Shown: piece after piece, positions 1 through 18,276 of the stretch
How positions within the stretch are numbered: the stretch's first letter is position 1
How the letters are laid out: each line of letters starts with the position of its first letter
Assembly (NCBI GenBank): GCA_964016885.1
Contig: OZ024741.1
Location: forward strand, 131,998,001-132,062,000
Length of the DNA: 64,000 bases
DNA from: Eledone cirrhosa
Taxonomy: Eukaryota
Direction: 5' to 3'
Made by a program: the position numbers and the translations under genes
The notes under the pieces: generated by a model
Database searches by the model: none
Seen by the model: only the letters and a program-made list of their open reading frames with translations
Told to the model about the DNA's origin: nothing

Positions 1-25
1 CTACTGATACTGCCAATCCACCGCC
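1..25 (-). mobile_element. 5' end of a Meta-domain SINE cut by the window edge
   Basis: Reverse complement reads GGCGGTGGATTGGCAGTATCAGTAG, the head shared by the other SINE copies. Confidence 0.75.
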
Positions 26-589
26 AAAGTGATATATTATTAATTTTAGTTAGATGATCCTACACTGATTGATCTAGAGCAGTATACTGTAATTATGGCG
101 TTTGTGCTATACACGCACATTCTACAGGTATCGAAATTCAGAGCAATTTTTGCTAATTCCATTATTGCACTCAACATTAGAGCATCAGATAAAATACTGG
201 GGAATATTTGTTCTGACTCTTTACGTTCTGATTCGAATGTTACTAATGTCAACTTTGATTTCATCTTTTCGGAGTCAATAAAATAGAGTGCCAGTTAAAT
301 ACTTCGGCCGATATAATCAACGTTTCTCTTTCCCCAAATTGTTGGTCGTCAACATGGTCTTTATGGATTGGAACCAATACATTATTAATCATGACAGAAC
401 TGAAATTAAAAAAGGCTGAAAATTCTCTTTCATCCGGAATGAATACGATTTTTATTCGTGAGAAGAATCTACACTTTCTTGTGACCGTCATTAAAAAATT
501 CATCCCAGAAACGATCGTAAAATGATGAATTTTTTAATATAAAGAACTTGTACTTTGTGTTTATTTCATTGTTTTTATTAATTTATATA

Positions 590-1708
<1,119 letters not shown>

Positions 1709-1793
1709 AAAAGGTAAACAGAAATAACAACACAATCAGTACAGTATATGGAAGGAATATATTAGGTTAACGCTTGAGATAGCAGGAAGAGTG

Positions 1794-1829
1794 TCGTAAC
1801 GTTTCGGGCGCCAGTCCTTCATCAGAAGA
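1794..1829 (-). ncRNA. Degenerate minimal hammerhead ribozyme, family H1
   Basis: Minus strand TCTT-CTGATGA-AGGACTGGCGCCC-GAAA-CG-T-T-ACGA; stems I and II have mismatches. Confidence 0.55.
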
Positions 1830-1954
1830 AAGAATGAGAAATTAGATAATGGTTGACAAAAACGCACGTGCGTTTTCTCAAAAGACATTTTTCCGTCCCT
1901 TCTCCTTCTTCTCACTCTCTAACTTTTAATTTTATCTTTTATTTCTAATTCAAA

Positions 1955-1990
1955 CATCTGATGAAGGACTAGCGTCCGTAACGTAAAGAT
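1955..1990 (+). ncRNA. Degenerate minimal hammerhead ribozyme, family H1
   Basis: CTGATGA-A-GGAC-TAGC-GTCC-GTAA-CG-T-A-AAGA; perfect stem II but GAAA mutated to GTAA. Confidence 0.5.
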
Positions 1991-2085
1991 TCTTTTCCTA
2001 CTACTTCAATCGTTAAAGTATTATATTTCTTCATTTTACTGTGTCGTATGCCTTGTTGTTGCCGTTTATTTTTCGCACGCAGATG

Positions 2086-3900
<1,815 letters not shown>

Positions 3901-4015
3901 GTAGGTAAATATTAAACACCCTACACCATCTCAAAATTAAATAAAACAATGTAAAATCTATAATGAAACCTAATGGCTCCAAATTGTCGTAGTTGTGAAT
4001 ACTTTGTAAAGAAAT

Positions 4016-5368
4016 TATTATTGTTGTTGATATTATTGTTGATATTATTGTTGATATTATTGTTGATATTGTTGTTGATATTATTTTTGATATTATTGTT
4101 GATATTGTTGTTGATATTACTGTTGATATTATTGATGATATTATTGTTGATATTGTTGTTGATATTATTGTTGATATTATTGTTGATATTATTGTTGATA
4201 TTATTGTTGATATTATTTTTGATATTGTTGTTGATATTATTTTTGATATTATTGTTGATATTATTGTTGATATATTTGTTGATATTATTGTTGATATTGT
4301 TGTTGATATTGTTGTTGATATTACTGTTGATATTATTGTTGATATTATTGTTGATATTATTGTTGATATTTTTTCATATTATTGTTGATATTATTGTTGA
4401 TATTATTGTTGATATTATTTTTGATATTGTTGTTGATATTATTGTTGATATTATTGATGATATTATTGTTGATATTATTGTTGATATTATTGTTGATATT
4501 ATTTTTGATATTATTGTTGATATTATTGTTGATATTATTGTTGATATTGTTGTTGATATTGTTGTTGATATTATTGTTGATATTATTGTTGATATTATTT
4601 TTGATATTATTGATGATATTATTGTTGATATTATTGTTGATATTATTTTTGATATTATTGTTGATATTATTGTTGATATTATTTTTGATATTATTGTTGA
4701 TATTATTGTTGATATTATTGTTGATATTATTTTTGATATTGTTGTTGATATTATTGCTGATATTATTGATGATATTATTGTTGATATTATTGTTGATATT
4801 ATTGTTGATATTATTGTTGATATTGTTGTTGATATTATTGTTGATATTATTGTTGATATTATTGTTGATATTATTGATGATATTATTGTTGATATTATTG
4901 TTGATATTATTTTTGATATTATTGTTGATATTATTGTTGATATTGTTGTTGATATTTTTTCATATTATTGTTGATATTATTGTTGATATTGTTGTTGATA
5001 TTACTGTTGATATTATTGTTGATATTATTGTTGACATTTTTTTATATTATTGTTGATATTATTTTTGATATTATTGTTGATATTATTGTTGATATTATTG
5101 TTGATATTATTGTTGATATTATTGTTGATATTATTGTTGATATTATTGTTGATATTATTGTTGATATTATTTTTGATATTGTTGTTGATATTATTTTTGA
5201 TATTGTTGTTGATATTATTGTTGATATTATTTTTGATATTATTGTTGATATTATTGTTGATATTTTTTCATATTATTGTTGATATTATTGTTGATATTGT
5301 TGTTGATATTATTGTTGATATTATTGTTGATATTATTGTTGATATTACTGTTGATATTATTGTTGATA
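4016..5368. repeat. 12-bp minisatellite (GATATTATTGTT)n, continuing degenerately to ~5800
   Basis: Over 100 tandem units with variants such as GATATTGTTGTT and GATATTATTTTT. Confidence 0.97.
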
Positions 5369-5369
5369 A

Positions 5370-5560
5370 GGCGGTGGATTGACAGTAATCGGTAGAGAGT
5401 CGGACACCATGCTTTGAAGCATATAGTTACGTCCCTTTATGATCTGAGTTCAAATCCCGCCGAGATTAACTTTGCCTTGCATCCTTACGGGGTCGATAAA
5501 ATAGAGTACCAGTAATACACTGGTTAATTGCTGGCCTTGTGCCAAAAAGTAGAAACAATT
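5370..5560 (+). mobile_element. Meta-domain tRNA-derived SINE
   Basis: B-box GAGTTCAAATCC, core GCCTTGCATCCTTACGGGGTCGATAAAAT..GTACCAG, tail GGCCTTGTGCC..TAGAAAC; flanking repeat ATTATTGTTGATA at 5356-5368 and 5561-5573. Confidence 0.9.
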
Positions 5561-5802
5561 ATTATTGTTGATATTGTTGTTATTGTGCTTGATACTATTG
5601 TCGCTATTATTATTGTTGTTGATATTGTTGTTGTTATTGTCGTTATTGTTGTTGTTGTTATTGTGGTTGATATTAATGTTGTTGATATTATTGTTATTGT
5701 TGTTGTTATTTTTGTTGTTATTGTGGTTGATATAATTTTGTTATTGATGTTGATATCATAATTGTTATTATTGTTGATATTGTTGTTGTTATTGTTGTTG
5801 TT

Positions 5803-6622
<820 letters not shown>

Positions 6623-6756
6623 GCTGCCCTTGCTATTCGATCTATCTAATTCCCTATCTGTGCTTCTTTTCAACCCTTTCTCTGTATTTCACTTAATGTT
6701 CTCTTCCGCCCTCCCTCTCTCTTTCTCTCTCTCTCTCCCTCCCTCTCTCCCTCCAT

Positions 6757-7270
<514 letters not shown>

Positions 7271-7609
7271 AATGTATATATATTATCTTACTCCTACACG
7301 TCCTCTCTTATAATTTTAATATATGTCCCCTACTCTCCCAGCTCATACTTCTACTTCCTTGGTGCCTTTCAAATTGTTCATTCATCCATCACTTCCGACA
7401 CCACCACAACCAACACCGACTGCAACAGCCCTTACACTACTAGACTACAACACCACTGGCAGCACTAGCACCAACACTGTCAACACCACTATCTGCAACA
7501 CCAATGTATGCACTACCCTTCCTACATCACCAACATCAACACTACAATTATACCATGAGTGCACAAACAAATGCAGACACACACGAATACATGTATCTAT
7601 GAAAATGCA

Positions 7610-7626
7610 CATACATACATTCATGC

Positions 7627-7659
<33 letters not shown>

Positions 7660-8685
7660 CATGCATACATACATACATGCATTCATACATAATACATACA
7701 TACATGCATGCATGCATGCATACATACATAGATACATACGTACATACATACATTCATACATGCATACATGCATACATTCATACAGGCATACATACATTAA
7801 TACATACATACATTGATACATACATACATGCATGCATGCATACATACATATATACATACATGCATACATACATACATGCATGCATACATACATGCATGCA
7901 TACATACATACATACATACATACATACATACATACATACATACATACATACATACATACATACATGCATACATGCATACATACATACATACATACATACA
8001 TACATACATACATACATACATACATACATACATACATGTATACATGCATACATTCATACAGGCATACATACATTAATACATACATACATTGATACATACA
8101 TACATGCATGCATGCATACATACATGCATATATACATACATGCATACATACATACATGCATACATACATACATGCATACATACATGCATACATACATACA
8201 TGCATACATACATACATGCATACATACATGCATACATACATACATACATACATACATGCATGAATTCATACATACATTGATACATACATACATGCATACA
8301 TACATACATGCATACATACATGCATACATACATACATACATACATACATGCATGAATTCATACATACATACAATCATACATAAATACATTCATATATATT
8401 TGTATTTATACATACGTACATGTATACGTACATACATACATTCATGCATTCATACATACATTCATACATACATACATTCATACATACGTACGTACATACA
8501 TACCTGCATACATACAAACATACATACATACAGACATGCATACATACAGACATACATACATGCAGACATACATACATGCAGACATACGTACATACATACA
8601 TACATACATACAAACATACATACATACATACATACATGCAGACATACGTACATACATACATACATACATACAAACATACATATGC
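7610..8685. repeat. (CATA)n/(CATG) tetranucleotide array
   Basis: Directly visible, with an internal duplicated variant block at ~7760-7830 and ~8045-8115. Confidence 0.97.
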
Positions 8686-8959
8686 ATGTGTAAAAATATG
8701 CTAGACTCCACAACATGATCTAATTAAATATATATACACCCTGGAGCATGACGTCATCTGCGTTTATTCTGTAAATATGCATACACGCTTGGACACACAC
8801 ACATACACATGGATACACGCATAGACTCCCCCCCCCCCCAAACACACACACACACATTCAGAAGCACGCGCGCGTGAACATTAACTAACATTTCGCATGC
8901 AAGTATGTCTCAATACCATTCACACACATTATAAACACTCATTATATGTATATATATTT

Positions 8960-9140
8960 GGTGGATTGGCAGTATCGGTAGAGGGTCGGACGTCATGCTT
9001 TCCAGCATAGTTACGTCCCTTTACTATCTGAGTTCAAATCCCGCCGAGGTTGACTTTGCCTTTCATCCTTACGGGGTCGATAAAATAAAGTACCAGTAAT
9101 GCAGTGAGTAATTGCTGGACTTGTGCCTAAAGTAGAAACA
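8960..9140 (+). mobile_element. Meta-domain SINE with 19-bp TSD
   Basis: A-box TGGCAGTATCGG, B-box, Meta core, tail; ATTATATGTATATATATTT at 8941-8959 and 9141-9159. Confidence 0.92.
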
Positions 9141-9204
9141 ATTATATGTATATATATTTATATATGTATATATATATATATTTATATATGTATATTTATA
9201 TATG

Positions 9205-9378
<174 letters not shown>

Positions 9379-9396
9379 TTTATATATATATATATT

Positions 9397-9431
<35 letters not shown>

Positions 9432-9939
9432 CCCCTATATATATATGTGTGTGTGTTTATATATATGTATGTGTGTGTGTATACGCGTACATAGATAAAC
9501 AGATGTAAATAACTTGAAATAAACAAACACAAACACAACAGCGACAAATTTACATATACATGTACACACACACATAAACATATATATACAATTGCACATA
9601 TACACACGGTATGTACGTGTTCACGCGTGACGGTTTGTGTTTGTGTTTATGCGTGTATGTGTGAGCCCACTCTTCTACGGCTGACCTAAGCCCAATAAAT
9701 AATATCTTATATACTTAAATATACATAAAATATACATACATATATATACATACACACGCGTACATATGCTTTCACTTCAACACTTGTTTACATATATATA
9801 CACATAGGGGACATAGATATAAAAATTCGTACATAAACACACAAACACACACACACACTCACATAAACATAACCATATAACTTATATTCTCCTATACGCA
9901 AGCATCTGTATATACTCACATACACATGCACACACACAT

Positions 9940-10055
<116 letters not shown>

Positions 10056-10205
10056 ACGCTTGTTTTATGAGTTTGTTTGATAAACGTGCACTGAATCACG
10101 AACTCATATACCGTGTATAGTATATATATACGATATACATATATATGTATATATATGTATACCGTATATACATACATGCATATATATATATGTATATATA
10201 TATAT

Positions 10206-10502
10206 TGGTGGTGGTGGTGGTGGTGGTGGTGGTGGTAGTATTGGTGGTGGTATTGGTGATGGTGGTGGTGGTGGTGGTATTGGTGGTGGTATTGGTGATG
10301 GTGATGGTGTTGGTGGTGGTGGTGATGGTCATGGTGGTGGTGTTGGCTTTGGTGTTGGTGTTGGTGGTGGTGCTGGTGATGGTGCTGGTGATGGTGGTGG
10401 AGGTGGTGTTGGTGTTGGCTTTGGTGTTGGTGTCAGCGTTGGTGTTATTCCTGGTGATGGTGATGGTGATGGTGATGGTGTTGGCATTTTTGACGGTGGT
10501 GG
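10206..10502. repeat. (GGT/GAT)n degenerate trinucleotide repeat
   Basis: Directly visible. Confidence 0.92.
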
Positions 10503-12142
10503 GGAGCTAGATGTCGGCCGAGGGGAATGGAAACAAAATCAGTCGGAAGTGTGCAAAAATCTGTTCACACCATTGAATGTATCAACATTTTCGGTATATG
10601 TTTTGTGGAGTGAGAGGAGTATCGAAAGTGAAAGTAGGATGTAGAAATATTTAGTCACATGACAGTAGCAAATTAATGTTGTACGTTTCCACAGCGAATT
10701 ATTGGAAATTTTATTGTTTCTTTTCTGCATGTGCTTGTATGTGTACATAGCTGAGTGCTTGTGTGCGTGCATTTGTGTGTGTATGTGTGTGTGTGCCTGT
10801 GCGTGTTTGTAAGTCTGTGTATGGCTGTGTGTGTGTGTGTATGTACGCATATATGTACATATGTGTATGTGTATGCGCATGTGTATACACATCTGGCTGG
10901 GGTATTGCGGTGGGGAGGGGGGTAAGAGAAGGTGAGAGATGTGTGGATGCAGAAGTGGGGGAAGAAACTAGGGTAGACGGTTAGGAGGTGGTGAGGTGGT
11001 GGGGAAAGTATTTCTGGTTAGGAATGGTAGGGGTGTCGGTGGGGGTAGTGACAAACAGAGTAACAAGAGGGCGAGCAAAGTAGGTGGCGCGTCGTGGAGA
11101 CTCGCCACCTACTTTGAATATAGTTCAAAAGATCCAAGAGTCGGAGTTCATAAGTAATCCGAGGGAAATCCACGAGTAGTCGAAAGGTAATCCAAAGGTA
11201 ACAGAAGAGTCCGGCTGGAAGTCCGCGTAAGCAAGTAAGTATATATCAAAGAAACAAGAAACGAACAAACAAGAGGATGCATTATCATAAAGTTGTATTA
11301 GTTTCACGCTTAAAAGAAAGAGAGTATCGGAAATTTGCCCTTCATCAGGTAAAAGGGTTAGTAGAAGGAGGGAATTAAGTTTACGGGGTTTGGTGGAGTT
11401 GAAGAAGTTGAAAAGAAGGTGGTTGGGGTGATAGATGTAGAGGAGGATGGTGTATGCGAGGAAAGGATGACAGGTGAAATTAAGAAGAAGACAAGTGGAA
11501 CAAATAAAATGACAAACGAATGACACAGAATACCAAGGTTTTCAGCCGTCGTGATGGAATTTCGCAGTTTCGACCCCTAGTGACAGTACTTCTCGTTCAA
11601 CTGGGGTCACAGCGTCTGACAAAGCACTGTAAGAGACAAGACAAGAAGGAGTAAGCGACAAGACATAACAGGTACACATAGAGATTTATGTGACGAATAG
11701 GAAAAGGTACTTTTGCTTTTTATAACAACGATACACTCGTGAGACTGAAGAAAGGAAGGTATAGAAAGAAAAAAGAAAGAAAAGGAAAAGAAGGCAAGTA
11801 GAAAGTAAAATATCGTGTTAAAAAAATAAGCCATTGAAATTATTGGGGGAGAAGAAAGAACACGTATGTCACAGACTAGTAACAAAGAAATGTGGAAAGT
11901 TAACAGAGGACACCAAACGAAAACATTTTTGTCGGAGAAACCTTAAAAATCTCAACAGGCATTTTCTGTTTATAATTTATTTCGTGTCCTATTGCGTGGA
12001 TGTGTTGGGTAGGTTTAAGTGAAAATATAACACGTGTAGAACAAAGCATATAGCAACATGTGAAAAATATATCTATCCAACTCAAATAGGACAGCACTAT
12101 GAAAAAATATATTAGTTTAACGCTTGATATAATAGGAAAATA

Positions 12143-12180
12143 ATCTTAAACTTTCGGCCATTAGTCCTTCATCAGAAGAT
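12143..12180 (-). ncRNA. Degenerate minimal hammerhead ribozyme, family H1
   Basis: Minus strand ATCTT-CTGATGA-AGGACTAATGGCC-GAAA-GT-T-T-AAGAT; 5-bp stem I; flank homologous to 1725-1850. Confidence 0.55.
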
Positions 12181-12283
12181 AAAATGAGAAATAAAAGAAG
12201 AAATAGAAAGATATAAAGTGAGAAGAGGAAGTAATGGAAAAAAATTAATTTTGGAGAAAAAGGACAAACGCGTTCAGTCAGCC

Positions 12284-12372
<89 letters not shown>

Positions 12373-12435
12373 GTATGTCTGGATGTATGTATATATATAA
12401 ATGTATATATACTTACATATATATATATATATATA

Positions 12436-13290
12436 ACTTTGATAACTTTGATAGGTTTCGGCCAGTATTGGCCCAGGCCATGTCTAACTTAATAGCACCA
12501 CTTGGCGAAGTCTTACAAATCAGTGTTTGGGCACCATGGCCCACTCGAGCAGAGAGTTATTGTTTACGGAGGCATATCCGGGTGTAGGAGGCTTATCCGG
12601 GATTTCTTGAAGGAATTTATCCAAAGACTTCTTGAACTTGATGGGGTCTGTCTCTACTTTGATGTGTTTTGGTGTAATGTTAAAGAGTGCAGGGCCAATT
12701 GGGGTGAAATAATTGTGCCGTATTGTTGTTATGTGATGCGAGTGGGATTTTTGTCCTGGGCGGATAGCACGAGGCCCAAGCCTTGGGTGTACACTAAAGA
12801 TGATGCCAACATCATTTGGGCTAAGCTGATGGAATATTTCCCACATCATACAGATAATGTAGCGCTCACGGCGACGTTGAAGAGAATAAAGTTTGGGCTT
12901 TTCTAATCGACCCCAATAGTCAAGGCCTGTCATGCCAACTATCTTTTTGTAATTGACCTTTGGGGTGCTTCAGCTTTCATGATACATTGTTTCGTGTGGG
13001 GTGACCACAGTGGACAACAGTATTCAAGGTGGGGTCGGGCAAAAGTAGAGGAGAGAAGGACAACAGTGTGGATATCTCTCGACTGGAAAGTTCTGAGAAT
13101 CCAGGAACACATTCTGCAGGCCATATCAACTTTGCTGTTTATATGAGTGGCCCAGATTATATTGTTGTCCACAATTACTCCCAGGTCTCTGATGTTATTG
13201 GAAGCCACCAGAGTTTCACCCGAAGGAAGAGAGTATGGTAGTTTCAGAGCATCCTTTTTTCCAAAGTGGATTAGTTCAAATATACATACT
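12436..13290 (-). mobile_element. 5'-truncated CR1-like LINE 3' fragment
   Basis: Translations RDLGVIVD, RPHLEYCCPLWSPH, SLQRRRERY; 3' end with short tandem repeat (ATCAAAGTT)2. Confidence 0.88.
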
Positions 13291-13345
13291 TCCTGTTTGA
13301 ATTTGTTTTGCAAGATTTTTTATCTGAAAACGTGTTGAAACAGAT

Positions 13346-13586
13346 ATTGTTATACTTTGGGAGGGTCAAGCTGCCAATAAAAACACACGCACTTCAATTT
13401 ATTATAAAATTCCGATTGTTTGGTTTACTGAGGAAGTCAGAGAATGTATGACGAAAGAGCTTTGACAATATATAAACAACTAACCGAGTATTGAACCAAC
13501 CAACCGGAAATTGAAAATAAATTGAAGTTAAAACCAACAGGTGCGTGTGTTTTATTGGCATCATGACCCTCCCAAAATATAACAAT
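13346..13586. mobile_element. Short element with ~48-bp imperfect terminal inverted repeats
   Basis: ATTGTTATACTTTGGGAGGGTCA..GCCAATAAAAACACACGCAC versus GTGCGTGTGTTTTATTGGC..TGACCCTCCCAAAATATAACAAT. Confidence 0.75.
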
Positions 13587-13684
13587 TTATATATATATAT
13601 TTATATATATATATTAACAATTTATATATATATATATTTATATATATATATATGTGTGTGTGTATATATATACAGTAAATATAC

Positions 13685-13868
<184 letters not shown>

Positions 13869-14269
13869 GTATGTGTGTATGTATATATATAGAGAGAGAG
13901 AGAGAAAGAGGCGGATAGGTAGGTAGATGGGTATGTGTGATGGGAAACGCCGATGCAACCAATCAATGTGTACTAACAACAATGGACTCACTTAATATGT
14001 ATATGAGAGATCTTGCTACGGGTGAAAATATGTTAGAATGGCCAGGCATCGGTGAGATGTTAGGGAGTTAACCATGACGATGGAAGAGCTGTTTATCGAT
14101 GACGGCTAATATAGCTGTCAGTCTAATGACGGATCTTTCTGGAAGATGATACCCTTTTCTTATGTTCTTGCTTCAAATCTCTCTGCCAATTCGTCATACA
14201 TCGCTCATGTCATTATTATTTTCGCATCTCTCTCTCTCTCTTTCTCTCTTTCCTCTCTCTCTCTCTCTC

Positions 14270-14339
<70 letters not shown>

Positions 14340-14704
14340 TCTTCTTGTTCTTCTTATCTTTACTTCTTTTTCTTCTCTATTACCATCATTGCCGTACTAA
14401 ACCTACATATTACTATGTAAATATATATGCCTGGGTGTGTTTGTGTATGTGTGTGTGTACGTATGAATGTATATATGTATGCATTCTGTAATTATGTGTG
14501 TGTTTGTCTGTCTGTGTGTGTCATATCACACTGTGACAACTGGTTTTAATAACTATATATGAATATTATATTATATATTCACACGTATGCGTGATTAAAC
14601 CATGAGATATGACATTTCTAAGGCAGTAGCAGATAATTTGAGGAAGACTTGCTATTTCTTACAGGCGTAAAAGATCTTGGTATGTGTAGGATCATTTGAG
14701 TGGG

Positions 14705-15040
14705 TGGGCGCAGCTTAGTCGAATGATTAAGTTCGCTTTGCAATCATTAGGTCCCGAGATCGAACTCACTGCGGGGCATCTTCAACAAATGTCATTTACT
14801 ATAACCTCAGGTCGACTCGTGTCATGTGAGTGGGATTGGGTAGACGGAAACTGTTTGCAAGCCCGACGGATAGACTATTTATTTAATTCAAATAGCCAGC
14901 CTTGTCACATATCGTCACACAGTGTCACGCAGAATCTTCCTGAGAAAATACGTTTAGGGTATCACACGTTAATTTTATGATCAGGTTGTTCCTTTGATCA
15001 AACAACTGGAACATTCATCGTCGAAACCGACGGAGGTCTA
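14705..15040 (+). mobile_element. Old tRNA-derived SINE (CORE-like family)
   Basis: Degenerate A/B boxes; homologous to 43195-43460. Confidence 0.6.
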
Positions 15041-16609
15041 TTCCATTCCTTGGAGCTCTCGCTTTAGGATTTATGTACTTTAACTATTCAATCCTGTGAT
15101 AATAGAGAATACTGACATTTTAGAGAATTGATGAAACTTGATTTCCTTAGGGACTGGAATCTAAGAAGATGCGATCGAGCATATAATTGTAGCGTGAAGT
15201 CAAATATTAGAGAGAGATTGTAATTCTGGCGGGAAATCTTAATGAGATTTCAACATTTTTTGTACCTGTAGGTCTGACGTAATGCTGATGTATTGTGTGA
15301 ATTGTATTAGACTATTTTAAAACAAAAGGAATGGTGTGAGAGGATAAACTATTCAGCTAGTACTTGAAGCGTTTTGAGTTCAATTCTATTGCTGGCGTTT
15401 CGATTCGTTTGGATTTTTTTTTCTTTTTTGGAGAGTGGGTGGCAATAAACTTAAGTTACCAGCTGTCACATTTTGTGTTACGATACTCTTCCACCATTGT
15501 TGTTTGTTGTTTGTGTAGTAGTATATTTAATTCAACGAATTTTTTGTTCGCCTAATTTATTTAAAATCAGAGACTCATTTCTGTTGTTTAGCTTGAACCC
15601 AACTCTGATCAGATTTATGATCAAAGGATTTCTAGACATAGCCGTCACCTCTTATAGGGATATCTATGTCTCTATTAATTAACATTCCCGTATGAATGTA
15701 TTCCCATGAATGTATGGGGATCCGACAGTTATTTCTAGGTGTTCGAGACAAAACAGAATTTCCCTTAATGCTCCGTGCAGACTTTTATATTCGTTTTGTG
15801 AATATTATTTCACTATTCACATGGATAGGGTTAAATCTATGCTTCATTTACGCGGCCTTAATATAACCCAAACATGTTCGAAGTTGTCTCCCGTACACGT
15901 CCTCATAATTAAAATAGTATTAGTCACTGACTTATGAAGTTTTTGTTATTGTTTTTCCTTTCTGTTATTGTTTTTCCTTTATAGTCAGCTCAAACTGGAC
16001 TATTTTGAATAGATACGAGGCATCACATGTAAATATACTAATTTATAATCAGCTTCTTTTACCGTTTTTTTTTTTGTTTTTGTTTTTTTTTTGTTCATTT
16101 TGTTTTGCTAGTTATGCAAATAGTTATTCAAATTTTCACAGACCTGCCAACTTCTAAAAACCCAAACGGGGAGTACGACGAAAAAAAGTACCCCAAAATG
16201 GGGGAAAATGAGGCAAAATGGGGAGATTTTACATAATGAAAGCTATACCCATTTTCAAAGAGAAGACATCTCTCACCCAGCCCACCAAAACGGGATGACC
16301 TACCCCTCCGATGGGGAGAGTTGAAAGGTCTGTTTTCATTATCCAAAAGCAACAATATATTCACAGTGAGTGCTAGATTTGCAATGGAATTTATTAAACT
16401 GCATATCTACCAGGAGAGGGAGACGGCATCATGTCACCTTTTCTTGGAAATATTTAACACTGTCTTTTGGGGTTTGACTTGAGCTTACTGATTCACACAC
16501 ACACTTACATATACATACAGATGTGCGCATGCGTAATTCTAAACGTTAAATTATGTAGTATCCTCCTATTTTAATGTATTCTATTTAATTGTCCTCTGAT
16601 TTTTTCTGT

Positions 16610-16688
<79 letters not shown>

Positions 16689-16704
16689 TTATATATATAT
16701 ATAT

Positions 16705-16768
16705 AAATTTTAACCTGACATATCTTCGTATATACATATATATACGAAGATATGTCAGGTTAAAATTT
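16705..16768. repeat. Near-perfect palindrome centred on a TA run
   Basis: AAATTTTAACCTGACATATCTTCGTATATA / TATATACGAAGATATGTCAGGTTAAAATTT. Confidence 0.93.
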
Positions 16769-17402
16769 GTTTGCATGAATCAATGTGCAAATAAAAATAA
16801 ATATGGAAGATTGCTTACCAAAGTATTTTCTCGACGTGGTCATTGCAGGAGGTACGGTAACATTCGAATTAGAGAAGATCACGAAGTCATTTTAAATTTA
16901 AAGGTATAGTACCAGGAAAAACAAATGACTAGTCAAGAAGTAACGGTTAGAAAAGAAAGATTTATTCAGAGTTTGTTCTTTAACAAATGTTTCAATACAA
17001 TATCAGTCTACGAGCATTAAAATGCATATTCTTATGCTCAATCGCAAGCATTACGTAAAATATTGCACTTGACCAGAAAGCGTATAATAGTCATAGTTCG
17101 AAGTGAGGTCGCTGTATCTTGCGATAAGAATTTTCTTACTGCTATCTACTCGGATCTAAAGTCAACTGGCACATTGCTGCTTCATTTCTATAAGACAAAC
17201 CGGTTGGCCAAACAAATATATATATTTATTTTTAGTGCAACTCCCTCCATTACAAATATACACTTGTTAGCAGTCCGAGTATTGTTCGATCGCATGTCCG
17301 ATCTAACTATCGTTTGTTGAGTGAGTAATTGAGAGCAGCCAGACTACGGAAAACCTTTCCTGTCATTCTGGTCAACATTATATATATATATATATATATA
17401 TA

Positions 17403-17588
17403 AAACGAAGGAAGTGCGGTAAAGAACCAGATGGACCAGAGTACTCAATACTTAGAGTAGTAGAATGTGTAATAGGAAAATGTTCAAGAAGCCGATGGCA
17501 GAGCTCAAGCCGTTTCGACGGCTATTTCGGGTCCAGAAATAGCCGTCGAACCGGCTTGAGCTCTGCCGTCGGGGTCTTGAACATTTCC
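17403..17588 (+). mobile_element. Short (TA)n-embedded repeat (family X) ending in a long hairpin
   Basis: Core AGAGTACTC(A/G)ATACTTAG(A/G)GTAGTAGA shared with 30452-30588 and 61471-61576; hairpin at 17475-17588. Confidence 0.7.
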
Positions 17589-17774
17589 ATATATATATAT
17601 CACGATAAATTAACGGAGCCATAGACTCTCGCCATTCCCTGTAAATAATGTGCTCAAAGGAGAGGAAATCCTGAGGTCTATAAAATACAATATGTTGAAA
17701 AGGTAACACACTAGAGAGAGATATAGTGCGCTGTCAATAAAACAGGGAAAAACCACCAGTTACCTTTTCAACAT

Positions 17775-17940
<166 letters not shown>

Positions 17941-17945
17941 TACAG

Positions 17946-17999
<54 letters not shown>

Positions 18000-18276
18000 A
18001 GCCATTAGCTACAGACAAAGATACAGTAGCTGATATAAAATAAAATAAAATGAAATAAAATGAAATGATAACGAAAATTGAATACAATTCAGAAATTGAT
18101 TTGAAAACTCAACTAGGACATTTTGTGATAATTTTCAAAGATAGTTATCTCTATAGAATATTTTCAACTAAAGCTGATAAATATATTATTTTGTATCAGA
18201 ATTCAATACAATTTAATTCTATTCTTAATCTTATTCTTATTCTTATTTTCCTTCATATTTTTATTAATATTATTTG

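Noticed and set aside
11315-11355. Hammerhead-like CTGATGA-AGGGCAAATTTCC-GATA on the minus strand
   Set aside because: GAAA is mutated and no stem I or III is evident; may be an old PLE remnant but unsupported
14900-17380. Possible host exons in unique-looking sequence (also 19060-19790 and 41980-42790)
   Set aside because: Only short ORFs without recognisable protein features; small exons cannot be excluded without RNA-seq
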